From Parcubacteria group bacterium GW2011_GWA2_48_9 (GTDB lineage: Bacteria > Patescibacteriota > Patescibacteriia > UBA10025), in contig LCPQ01000019.1 of NCBI GenBank assembly GCA_001003705.1, positions 3,268-67,267 of the forward strand: a stretch of DNA of 64,000 nucleotides. The letters run 5' to 3'. Of the stretch, positions 46,512-54,129 are shown in pieces (within the stretch, counting starts at the first letter, position 1; each line of letters opens with the position of its first letter). Both the position numbers and the translations under genes were made by a program. The notes under the pieces were generated by a model. It ran no database searches and was not told the origin of the DNA. It saw only the letters and a list, made by a program, of their open reading frames with translations.

Positions 46512-47756
46512 ATGGATACAGAGAAAATTATGCTAGATGTAGAAAAAATCAGAAAAGATTTTCCGATTCTCTCCCGTATAGTCCACGGCAAACCGATGGC
46601 CTATTTAGACTCTGCGGCGACGAGCCAGAAACCGCTCGCCATGATCGAAGCCACCGACGGATATTACCGTGAGTATAATGCGAACGTCCACCGTGGCATT
46701 TATGTTATATCGGAAGAGGCAACGACGGCGTATGAAGCCGCCCGTGAGAAGGTGAGGGGGTTTATTAACGCCAGCTCGGTTGAAGAAATCATCTACACGC
46801 GCAATGCGACAGAATCTCTCAACCTCATTCGTTTCACTTGGGGCAGGCAATACGTCGGCAAGGGCGATGTGATTATCGTCAGTGAAATGGAGCATCACTC
46901 TAATATGGTGCCTTGGCAAATGCTCGCTAAAGAAGTCGGTGCCGAACTCCTCTATATTCCCATTAACACCGAAACAGGTCGTCTCGATCAGGGTGCCTAC
47001 CAGAAGTTATTGGAGCGGAAACCGAAACTTGTCGGTATTGTCCACATGTCAAACGCGATGGGCACACTGAACCCCATGAAGGAGATGACGCGATTAGCCC
47101 ACGAAGCGGGCGCGGTGGTTGTTATTGACGGCTGCCAATCGACGCCGCACATGCCTGTTGATGTCCAAGATTTGGATGCGGACTTCTTCGCCTTCTCGGG
47201 CCACAAAATGCTCGGTCCCACAGGGATTGGCATTTTGTATGGTAAGAAAAAGATTCTTGAATCAATGCAGCCCTTTATGGGAGGTGGCGATATGATAAAG
47301 GAAGTAACGAAAGAAGGAGCTACATGGAATGATTTGCCCTACAAGTTTGAAGCTGGCACGCCGAACGTCGCGGGGGCGATTGGTCTAGGGGCTGCGGTTG
47401 ATTATCTCAATAAAGTTGGCATGGCGAACATCTGGGAACATGAGCAAGAAATGGCGAAGTACGTGCTGGGGAAATTACGGGCTATTGAGGGTGTCCGGAT
47501 CGTTGGACCAAAAGAGCCGGTAGACCGCGGCGCGGCTATTTCATTCGTACTGAAAGGTGCACATCCCCACGATATGGCGTCAATTTTCGATGATGCGGGA
47601 ATAGCCATCCGCGCAGGACACTTGTGCGCACAGCCAGCACTCACCGCACATGGTGTAGATGCCGTTGCCCGGGCAAGTTTCTATCTTTACAACACGAAAG
47701 AAGAGGCTGATAGGTTTTTGGAAACAGTGTTGAAGGTGAAGGAGATATTTGGGTGA
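46512..47756 (+). CDS. sufS: cysteine desulfurase SufS (class V aminotransferase, group II)
   Basis: PLP Lys motif FSGHKMLGPTGIGILYG and active-site Cys loop RAGHLCAQP. Confidence 0.85.
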   Translation: MDTEKIMLDVEKIRKDFPILSRIVHGKPMAYLDSAATSQKPLAMIEATDGYYREYNANVHRGIYVISEEATTAYEAAREKVRGFINASSVEEIIYTRNATESLNLIRFTWGRQYVGKGDVIIVSEMEHHSNMVPWQMLAKEVGAELLYIPINTETGRLDQGAYQKLLERKPKLVGIVHMSNAMGTLNPMKEMTRLAHEAGAVVVIDGCQSTPHMPVDVQDLDADFFAFSGHKMLGPTGIGILYGKKKILESMQPFMGGGDMIKEVTKEGATWNDLPYKFEAGTPNVAGAIGLGAAVDYLNKVGMANIWEHEQEMAKYVLGKLRAIEGVRIVGPKEPVDRGAAISFVLKGAHPHDMASIFDDAGIAIRAGHLCAQPALTAHGVDAVARASFYLYNTKEEADRFLETVLKVKEIFG

Positions 47757-47779
47757 GTGCGGCGTTATGACTGGAAGCT

Positions 47780-48145
47780 ATGGAAAACAATAGTACAATA
47801 ACTCAAGGCCCAGGAAATACATCTGAGGCAAAAGACACAGCCACCCGGGTTGTTAAGTATTTAGTAGACCTGCTCATTTTCCTCGGATTTGTCTACTTGC
47901 TATTATTCACTGCGAATATTCCAGAGTGGATCAGGTGGTGCATATATGTTGTCGGAGCTTCAATCATTGTGGCCATTGCTATCGTTTCCTACCAGGTTCT
48001 TTTTCAGAAAGAGAAGCTTAGCAAAAAAGAATGGCCCATGGATGTGGGAAAAGTACTGCGATTGATCATTCGTATTCTCATAGTACTCACTATTCTGGGA
48101 ATTGCGTTTATCGTGTACAAGTACCCTGGCCAGAATTTATTTTGA
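47780..48145 (+). CDS. hypothetical membrane protein
   Basis: Three TM helices; embedded in the suf cluster. Confidence 0.4.
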   Translation: MENNSTITQGPGNTSEAKDTATRVVKYLVDLLIFLGFVYLLLFTANIPEWIRWCIYVVGASIIVAIAIVSYQVLFQKEKLSKKEWPMDVGKVLRLIIRILIVLTILGIAFIVYKYPGQNLF

Positions 48146-48155
48146 CGAACCAGTA

Positions 48156-48521
48156 ATGGACATGTACCAGGAAAATATCCTCGACCACTACAAACACCCT
48201 CGCAACAAGGGAAAGATTGAGGGCGCGGACTTTCAGCATCGTGAACCGAACCCGTTATGTGGAGATGTGGTTGAAATCTATGTTAAAATGGCCGACGGGA
48301 AGGTCGTAGATTTGAAGTGGGAGGGCTCGGGGTGCGCTATCAGTCAGGCATCAGCGTCGATTTTGTATGAAAACCTTCTTGGCAAAACCGAGGACGAGCT
48401 GAATGTATTGAATGTTGAAAAGGTGCTGGAACTTCTTCAGACGGAAGTAAATCCGGCCCGCATGAAATGCGCGACACTCGGGCTCGTCGCTTTACAAAAA
48501 GCACTGCAAGGACAAAAATAA
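48156..48521 (+). CDS. sufU: SUF system Fe-S scaffold/sulfurtransferase SufU (IscU/NifU-like)
   Basis: ILDHYKHPRNKG...NPLCGDVVEIYVK...GSGCAISQASASIL. Start moved to MDMYQEN. Confidence 0.8.
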   Translation: MDMYQENILDHYKHPRNKGKIEGADFQHREPNPLCGDVVEIYVKMADGKVVDLKWEGSGCAISQASASILYENLLGKTEDELNVLNVEKVLELLQTEVNPARMKCATLGLVALQKALQGQK

Positions 48522-48527
48522 GAACAT

Positions 48528-49259
48528 ATGCCGATAGAATTGCCACCACTCGAACACCGCGAACCGCCACTGATCCTCCATTGGTGGTTTTTAGCCATCA
48601 TTTTTTCCTTTGTTTTTATCATCGCATCGTTTGCCATACTGGTAATACGGAATTACCAAACGCTTCACAGCGGCAATGTCAATGCGATTGCACAGCTGCA
48701 GCTGACGGTCGATCCGACCGTTCAGGCACGCAATGTAGAGTCGGCGAACGTTCTCACAGCCGACGACCCGAGTCTTGGACCAGTTGACGCGCCAGTAACA
48801 ATTGTTGAATTCGGGGATTTCGAGTGCCCATTCTGCCTCGAGTCGTTTCCAGTTATTCGAGAGGTAATGACCAAGTACGGTGACCGAGTACGTTTTCAGT
48901 GGCGCGACTTTCCTGTTAGCTCGCAACACACGCATGCACTCGATGCCGCTCTTGCCGGCGAATGTGTTGCTGAACAAAGCGTCGAAAAGTTCTGGGCATT
49001 CCACGACCAAGTCTTTATCAATCAGAGCGATCTGAGCCGCGATGCCCTGGCAAGGTACGCTACACAAATTGGGGCCGATATGAACGCCTTCACCGCTTGT
49101 ATGGAGGCAGGTAGCTTGTTGGATGAAATTTCCCAAGATTATAATGCAGGAGTAGAGGCAGGAGTGACCGGTACTCCGACTTTTTTCATTAACAACAGGC
49201 GTGTTCCGGGGGTAGTGCCCTTCTCAGTTTTTGAGGACATTATCGAATTGACGCAATAA
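48528..49259 (+). CDS. DsbA-like thioredoxin-fold protein, N-terminal TM anchor
   Basis: TM helix then the thioredoxin domain with FECPFC active site. Confidence 0.75.
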   Translation: MPIELPPLEHREPPLILHWWFLAIIFSFVFIIASFAILVIRNYQTLHSGNVNAIAQLQLTVDPTVQARNVESANVLTADDPSLGPVDAPVTIVEFGDFECPFCLESFPVIREVMTKYGDRVRFQWRDFPVSSQHTHALDAALAGECVAEQSVEKFWAFHDQVFINQSDLSRDALARYATQIGADMNAFTACMEAGSLLDEISQDYNAGVEAGVTGTPTFFINNRRVPGVVPFSVFEDIIELTQ

Positions 49260-49485
49260 AGGACTCCTTGCCTCTTGACATGCTCCAGTATCCTTGTATA
49301 CTACTAAGACAAAATTAACTTAAACGAACTCATATGAAAGAAGAAGGCAGCTCATCGCCGGAGAACGGCATCTTCAACGCCTCCCCAAAGGCAACGTTTT
49401 TCATGGGACTGATGACCGGCATCGCGGTGGTCAGTATCATTGGTTTGTCTCTGACGTTCTCGATGCTCCGTGACGGGAAGTTGAA

Positions 49486-49995
49486 GTGAAAGATACCGAT
49501 CATATCCGCGGCAATACTGATGCGAAGGTCAAGTTAATAGAGTACTCGGATTTTGAGTGCCCATTTTGTGCACGCGTACAACCGACGGTAAAACAGGTCA
49601 CGGATACGTACGGTGACGACGTGGCAGTCATTTACCGCCATTATCCATTGTCATTCCACCCACAGGCACAAAAAGCTGCTGAGGCTTCAGAATGTGCGGC
49701 TGAACAGGGTAAATTCTGGGAAATGCACGATAAGTTATTTGAACTCAATGATGCTGGCCAGCTAAGTCTCGCGAGCTTCAAGAGTGCAGCGGGTGAAATC
49801 GGATTGAAGCAGAGCCAGTTCGATGATTGTCTCGACACAGGAAAATATGCAGACAAGATTGCGAGTGACACGGCTGAAGGGACACAAATTGGTGTTCAGG
49901 GAACGCCGGCGACATTCGTCAACGGTACTCTCGTATCAGGAGCGGTACCTTTCGAGCAATTTGCTTCAGTGATTGACGCTGAACTGGCCAAGTAA
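49486..49995 (+). CDS. DsbA-like thioredoxin-fold protein (catalytic domain); its TM anchor appears to be encoded in another frame upstream (49333-49491)
   Basis: FECPFC active site, paralog of 48528-49259. A 52-codon ORF encoding a TM helix ends at a TGA overlapping this ORF's GTG start. Confidence 0.65.
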   Translation: MKDTDHIRGNTDAKVKLIEYSDFECPFCARVQPTVKQVTDTYGDDVAVIYRHYPLSFHPQAQKAAEASECAAEQGKFWEMHDKLFELNDAGQLSLASFKSAAGEIGLKQSQFDDCLDTGKYADKIASDTAEGTQIGVQGTPATFVNGTLVSGAVPFEQFASVIDAELAK

Positions 49996-50004
49996 GTCGT
50001 TAAC

Positions 50005-50799
50005 ATGTTTTTTGGAAGCGCCTACCCGGATCCCATCGTACTCCAGGCAGGCGCTTTTGGTATTCACTGGTATAGTTTACTGCTTGTAGTTGCTATTGGA
50101 GCGGGGTTGTTGGTGACTTTGCATGTCGCCCGCAAGAAAAATATTCCCGAAACGGCCATATGGGATTTTTCATTTCTTGCGGTTATTCTAAGTATCGTAT
50201 TTGGGCGTTTTGTTTTTGTTGTAAGTTATCTCCATTCGTTTAGCAGTCTTGTCGAAACGGTGAAAGTCTGGGAAGGTGGGATATCAAGCCATGGAGTCCT
50301 CACCGGAGGGCTACTAGCAGCATTTCTCACCATGAGGCGACACAAGATGTCATTCTGGGCATTCACCGATGTGGTAATCCCTGGAGCGGCATTAGCGCAG
50401 GCAATCGGGCGATGGGGAAATTATTTCAATCAGGAAGTACTCGGATCTCCGAGTAATGCATGGTGGGCAGTGCCAATTGACCTGGCGCACCGCCCAGAAG
50501 CATTTATGCAAGCACTGTATTTTCACCCGATTTGGCTGTATGAGTCGCTTTGGTGTTTATTGCTATTTTTTTGTGTGTATTCTTTTCAAAAAAAGTTCAC
50601 TCCGCACCCCGGGGTCGTGACGTTGATGTATTTTTCCCTGTATTATCTTATCCGGTTCGTCCTTGATTTTTTTCGTAATGACGCCCTCTCATTCGGAGCG
50701 CTCACAGGGACGCAAACCATTGCCATCGGAGTGTGGATAGTAGCGGTAGTGTTTGTTGTACTCACGAAGCGGAGATCAGAACCGAGCACCACTCAATAG
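50005..50799 (+). CDS. lgt: prolipoprotein diacylglyceryl transferase
   Basis: Lgt signature GRWGNYFNQE and 7-TM topology. Confidence 0.85.
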   Translation: MFFGSAYPDPIVLQAGAFGIHWYSLLLVVAIGAGLLVTLHVARKKNIPETAIWDFSFLAVILSIVFGRFVFVVSYLHSFSSLVETVKVWEGGISSHGVLTGGLLAAFLTMRRHKMSFWAFTDVVIPGAALAQAIGRWGNYFNQEVLGSPSNAWWAVPIDLAHRPEAFMQALYFHPIWLYESLWCLLLFFCVYSFQKKFTPHPGVVTLMYFSLYYLIRFVLDFFRNDALSFGALTGTQTIAIGVWIVAVVFVVLTKRRSEPSTTQ

Positions 50800-50817
50800 G
50801 CCGTACAGAAATTAATA

Positions 50818-50896
50818 CATTGATTGCCTGGTAGCAGGGGTGGGGATCCGCTTCGCGCCTGGGCGCTGCACTTGCTCGCGCCCTTCGATCCCCACA
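50818..50896. repeat. tRNA-3'-end-like direct repeat copy 1 (29-31 bp identical to the 3' end of the tRNA-Met-like gene) with palindromic GC-rich insert
   Basis: TTGATTGCCTGGTAGCAGGGGTGGGGATC identical to 51118-51146. GTGGGGATC...GATCCCCAC inverted repeat encloses a 43-nt GC-rich insert. Confidence 0.55.
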
Positions 50897-50956
50897 TGTG
50901 AAAACACCCTTAACTTTTAGATATAGGGTCTTGGTAGTTATTTTCTAGCGTGCTTA

Positions 50957-51065
50957 TAGCAGGGGTGGGGATCCTCCCCGGGCAGCGCCGAATGCTGCGC
51001 ACGCTCGCATTCGTCGGCGCTCACTTTCGTTACACTCGGGTTCGCTGCTGCCCTTCGATTCCCAC
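50957..51065. repeat. tRNA-3'-end-like direct repeat copy 2 (17 bp TAGCAGGGGTGGGGATC) with longer GC-rich insert
   Basis: Same core as copy 1 and the tRNA. GTGGGGATC...GATTCCCAC inverted repeat around an 83-nt insert. Confidence 0.5.
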
Positions 51066-51126
51066 TAGAAAAATTAACCTTACTTGCCACTGGGTAGGTC
51101 TCGAGGAAATTAAAAAGTTGATTGCC

Positions 51127-51203
51127 TGGTAGCAGGGGTGGGGATCGAACCCACGACCTTGGGCTTATGAGTCCCACGCTCTAACCAGCTGAGCTACCCG
51201 AAT
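51127..51203 (-). tRNA. tRNA-Met/Ile2-like (anticodon CAT), possible pseudo- or chimeric tRNA: acceptor stem pairs at only 5 of 7 positions (3 G-C, 1 A-T, 1 G-T)
   Basis: Reverse complement gives ATTCGGG-TA-GCTCAGCTGGTTAGAGC-G-TGGGA-CTCATAA-GCCCA-AGGTC-GTGGG-TTCGATC-CCCAC-CCCTGCT-A-CCA. D, anticodon and T arms are canonical. The 5' acceptor strand ATTCGGG is not complementary to the 3' strand CCCTGCT. Confidence 0.5.
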
Positions 51204-51461
51204 CGAAGGAAAAGGTCAAGCCATCATTCTGTGGTGCAGTCTAGTGGAAGCTATTCGAACCTTTGTCATGCAGGAGCAGATGCGAACATCCAGAATGGCA
51301 ATGAACCCAGCGTAGCGTTGACCACGGAGTGCGTCAGTGGCCGGGGGCGGGTATGGCTAGCATATCGCGACGTGAACGAGCACTCACCTAAAAGAAAGCT
51401 CCCGCGCGAGACAAGCTCACGCGGGAGGTACGGAAACATAGGTATTTCTGAGTACAGGGTG

Positions 51462-51989
51462 TTACTTCTTCGGGACACCCGCGAACCAGAGTCGACCTCT
51501 CCGACTCCATCTCGAAATGGTCGCCCTGCCTTCCCTACTCGAACGAAGAAAAGTGATCCAAATAGGGTAGTCGTTCTTTACCCGCTCGTCGATGTTGTGC
51601 CAAAAGGTGCAGTTTGGGTGCTTGGACGAAAATGTCCAGTCGTCTGTATTCGCCTGAATTAGCGAATATGGATCGGCTGGCTCGAGATTACCCGTACAGT
51701 TGCGCGTGAGACCATTCTCAACCGTTGGAACATCTATTGTCAAATGGAAATAGCGCGCGGCGGAGAGCATCTCCTTAGGGGTACGACTGCGATCGACCCT
51801 TACCCGCTTTTTGATGATCGTGGTCATTCGTTTTACATCTAAAGCCACTGCGTTTGCGAACCTTCTGGCGAGCTCTTCCCCCATGTAGTCGAGAGTTGCA
51901 ACGCCAGGGCCGTCCGGCAAGTTGCGTCTGCGAAGCGCATCTTCGATCAGTGCCTGCGCCTTAAGGATTGCAGGTGTTTTTTCAGTCAC
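51462..51989 (-). CDS. hypothetical protein (Arg-rich C-terminal tail may be read-through)
   Basis: Protein-like N-terminal 140 aa with no recognisable domain. Sits between two tRNA genes next to att-like repeats. Confidence 0.3.
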   Translation of the reverse strand: MTEKTPAILKAQALIEDALRRRNLPDGPGVATLDYMGEELARRFANAVALDVKRMTTIIKKRVRVDRSRTPKEMLSAARYFHLTIDVPTVENGLTRNCTGNLEPADPYSLIQANTDDWTFSSKHPNCTFWHNIDERVKNDYPIWITFLRSSREGRATISRWSRRGRLWFAGVPKK

Positions 51990-52293
51990 GTCATCCTCCT
52001 CACATGGTGTTTTTGGTTTGGGAACATTCCTCCGGCAATCTCAACGAGAGGTAATGATCTTGACGAAAGGCTGTCCCCAAACTCTCGAGGTATGACTTTG
52101 CTAGCTTGTTTTTGATGGAAAGGTGCAAGTTAGAACAACCTAGGCTATCACGAAGTTGCCATTCTGTCAACTGCTCGGGATTTGAGATATCAAAATGCTC
52201 CAGAGGTCCGGTTCTACTGGGCTTCTTGAGGATTAAGTTTTATTTACGCTGGTTGTGCCTTCGTCCAGAAAAACATGGCCGGAGGCGACCATA

Positions 52294-52377
52294 TGCCGCG
52301 GGAGAGAATCGAACTCTCATGAGGTCGCCCTCGCAGGATTTTGAGTCCTGTGCGTCTGCCAATTCCGCCACCGCGGC
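52294..52377 (-). tRNA. tRNA-Leu (anticodon CAA), class II with long variable arm; CCA not encoded
   Basis: Reverse complement GCCGCGG-TG-GCGG-AATTGGCAGA-CGC...CAGGA-CTCAAAA-TCCTG-long arm-AGAGTTCGATTCTCT-CCGCGGC-A. All stems pair. Confidence 0.85.
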
Positions 52378-52473
52378 ACGAAAGTACATCGCATTGTACT
52401 GATTGTAGCCTCGTTTGTCAAAGCATGCTCTATTCGGTATACTATTGATATATTTTCATACTGAAGACACGAT

Positions 52474-53247
52474 ATGTCTCGCATTATTTCTGTAGCGAAT
52501 CAAAAGGGTGGAGTCGGTAAAACGACGACATCTATAAATGTTGCTGCCTCCCTAGCTTCGTTTGGTAACCGAGTATTGTTAGTGGACATCGACCCTCAGG
52601 GGAACGCTTCCTCCGGGCTCGGGATCAATATCAAAGAAATCCCGTATGGGATCTATGAAGCTCTTGCCGGGAAAGCTCGCTTGCCAGATGTCATCTATCC
52701 CCATAGCGTTGACGGGCTGCATGTTGCTCCGGCAACAGTCGATCTCGCAGGAGCGACAGTTGAACTCGTGCAGGTGGCAGAGAGGGAATTCCGGCTTCAA
52801 CACGTACTCGAGGATGTCGTCGACAGTTTTGACTATATTATTATCGATTGTCCGCCATCGCTCGGATTGCTCACGGTGAACGGCATCGTTGCTTCATCCG
52901 AAGTGCTGATTCCAGTCCAGACAGAGTACTATGCGTTGGAAGGATTAAGCCAGCTTCTCGAAACTATCGAGCTTATCAAGGAAAACTTAAAGCCGGACAT
53001 CCAAGTGCTTGGCGCAGTGATGACCATGTTTGATGAACGATATCGGCTGTCTCAGGCTGTCTTTCACGACCTGCACAAAAATTTCCCGAACAGAGTGTTC
53101 CGTGTCGTAGTACCGCGCAATGTCCGACTTGCCGAGGCGCCCAGTCACGGTAAAACGGTATTTCAGTACGATCCTGTGTCACCTGGCGCAAATGCGTACC
53201 GACGCCTCGCACAAGATATTCATATGCACCCGCCGTCCTATGTCTGA
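52474..53247 (+). CDS. parA: chromosome partitioning ATPase ParA/Soj
   Basis: Deviant Walker A KGGVGKTT and full-length ParA similarity. Confidence 0.9.
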   Translation: MSRIISVANQKGGVGKTTTSINVAASLASFGNRVLLVDIDPQGNASSGLGINIKEIPYGIYEALAGKARLPDVIYPHSVDGLHVAPATVDLAGATVELVQVAEREFRLQHVLEDVVDSFDYIIIDCPPSLGLLTVNGIVASSEVLIPVQTEYYALEGLSQLLETIELIKENLKPDIQVLGAVMTMFDERYRLSQAVFHDLHKNFPNRVFRVVVPRNVRLAEAPSHGKTVFQYDPVSPGANAYRRLAQDIHMHPPSYV

Positions 53248-54112
53248 TGCATACGCCGGCCTCGGCAAAGGTCTCGAAGCCCTGATTCCGCGGAAAATCT
53301 CCGCAGAAAAAATTGGGGTAAGCAAAAAAATTCTCGGTCCGCAGGAGAGAATTGACTATGTTGATCCTGTAACTGTCACGTCAAATCCGCATCAACCCCG
53401 CAAACATTTCGAACATGATGCAATCGAAGACCTCGTCAACTCTATCCGCGAACATGGTATTTTGCAGCCGTTAATAGTTAGTAAGACAGACAGCGATTAC
53501 CAGCTCATTTCGGGAGAACGACGTCTGCGCGCGGCCATCATCATGGGATTGAAAGAAGTTCCCGTGATTATTCGTGAAGCATCGGAGCAGGAGAAGCTTG
53601 CACTTGCCTTAATTGAAAATATTCAACGCGAGAATTTGAATCCTATCGAGCGCGCGTGGGGATATGCACGGCTCATACAGGAGTTCAATCTTACGCAGGA
53701 AGAGGCGGCGAAGAAAGTGGGGCAGCCGCGTGCCAGTCTGACGAATTCCTTGCGCTTACTCAAGCTTCCTGAAGAAATGCAGAAGGCAGTAATTGATGGG
53801 TTGATTAGCGAGGGACACGCGAAAGTGCTGCTCGGCATTACCGATCAAAAGGAGCTGATGCACCTTTTTCGCAAGATAATCCACGAGGAGCTCTCCGTGC
53901 GAACCGCTGAACACCACGCCCGACCGCACCGAAAGGCATCCTATCGAAAAGCACCGCGCGATCCCAATATTACCGAACTCGAGGATCAACTGCGCAGCGC
54001 TCTCGGAACAAAAGTTGAAATAGTCCGAAATGGTGAACAGGGGACCATTACTATCCGCTGTTACTCCGAAGAGGAGTTTCGGGCACTTATAGAAAAACTT
54101 ACTCGTAAGTAA
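53240..54112 (+). CDS. parB: chromosome partitioning protein ParB/Spo0J
   Basis: GLGKGLEALI N-terminal motif, ParB box (ISGERRLRAA), HTH (LTQEEAAKKVGQPRASLTNSLRLL). Start moved to MSDAYAG, overlapping the parA end. Confidence 0.85.
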   Translation: MSDAYAGLGKGLEALIPRKISAEKIGVSKKILGPQERIDYVDPVTVTSNPHQPRKHFEHDAIEDLVNSIREHGILQPLIVSKTDSDYQLISGERRLRAAIIMGLKEVPVIIREASEQEKLALALIENIQRENLNPIERAWGYARLIQEFNLTQEEAAKKVGQPRASLTNSLRLLKLPEEMQKAVIDGLISEGHAKVLLGITDQKELMHLFRKIIHEELSVRTAEHHARPHRKASYRKAPRDPNITELEDQLRSALGTKVEIVRNGEQGTITIRCYSEEEFRALIEKLTRK

Positions 54113-54129
54113 CACTGGAAACGAAGGCT

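Noticed and set aside
51231-51662. 143-aa plus-strand ORF
   Set aside because: Its translation overlaps the tRNA 5' flank and has Arg/Pro/Ser-rich composition; the minus-strand ORF here is more protein-like.
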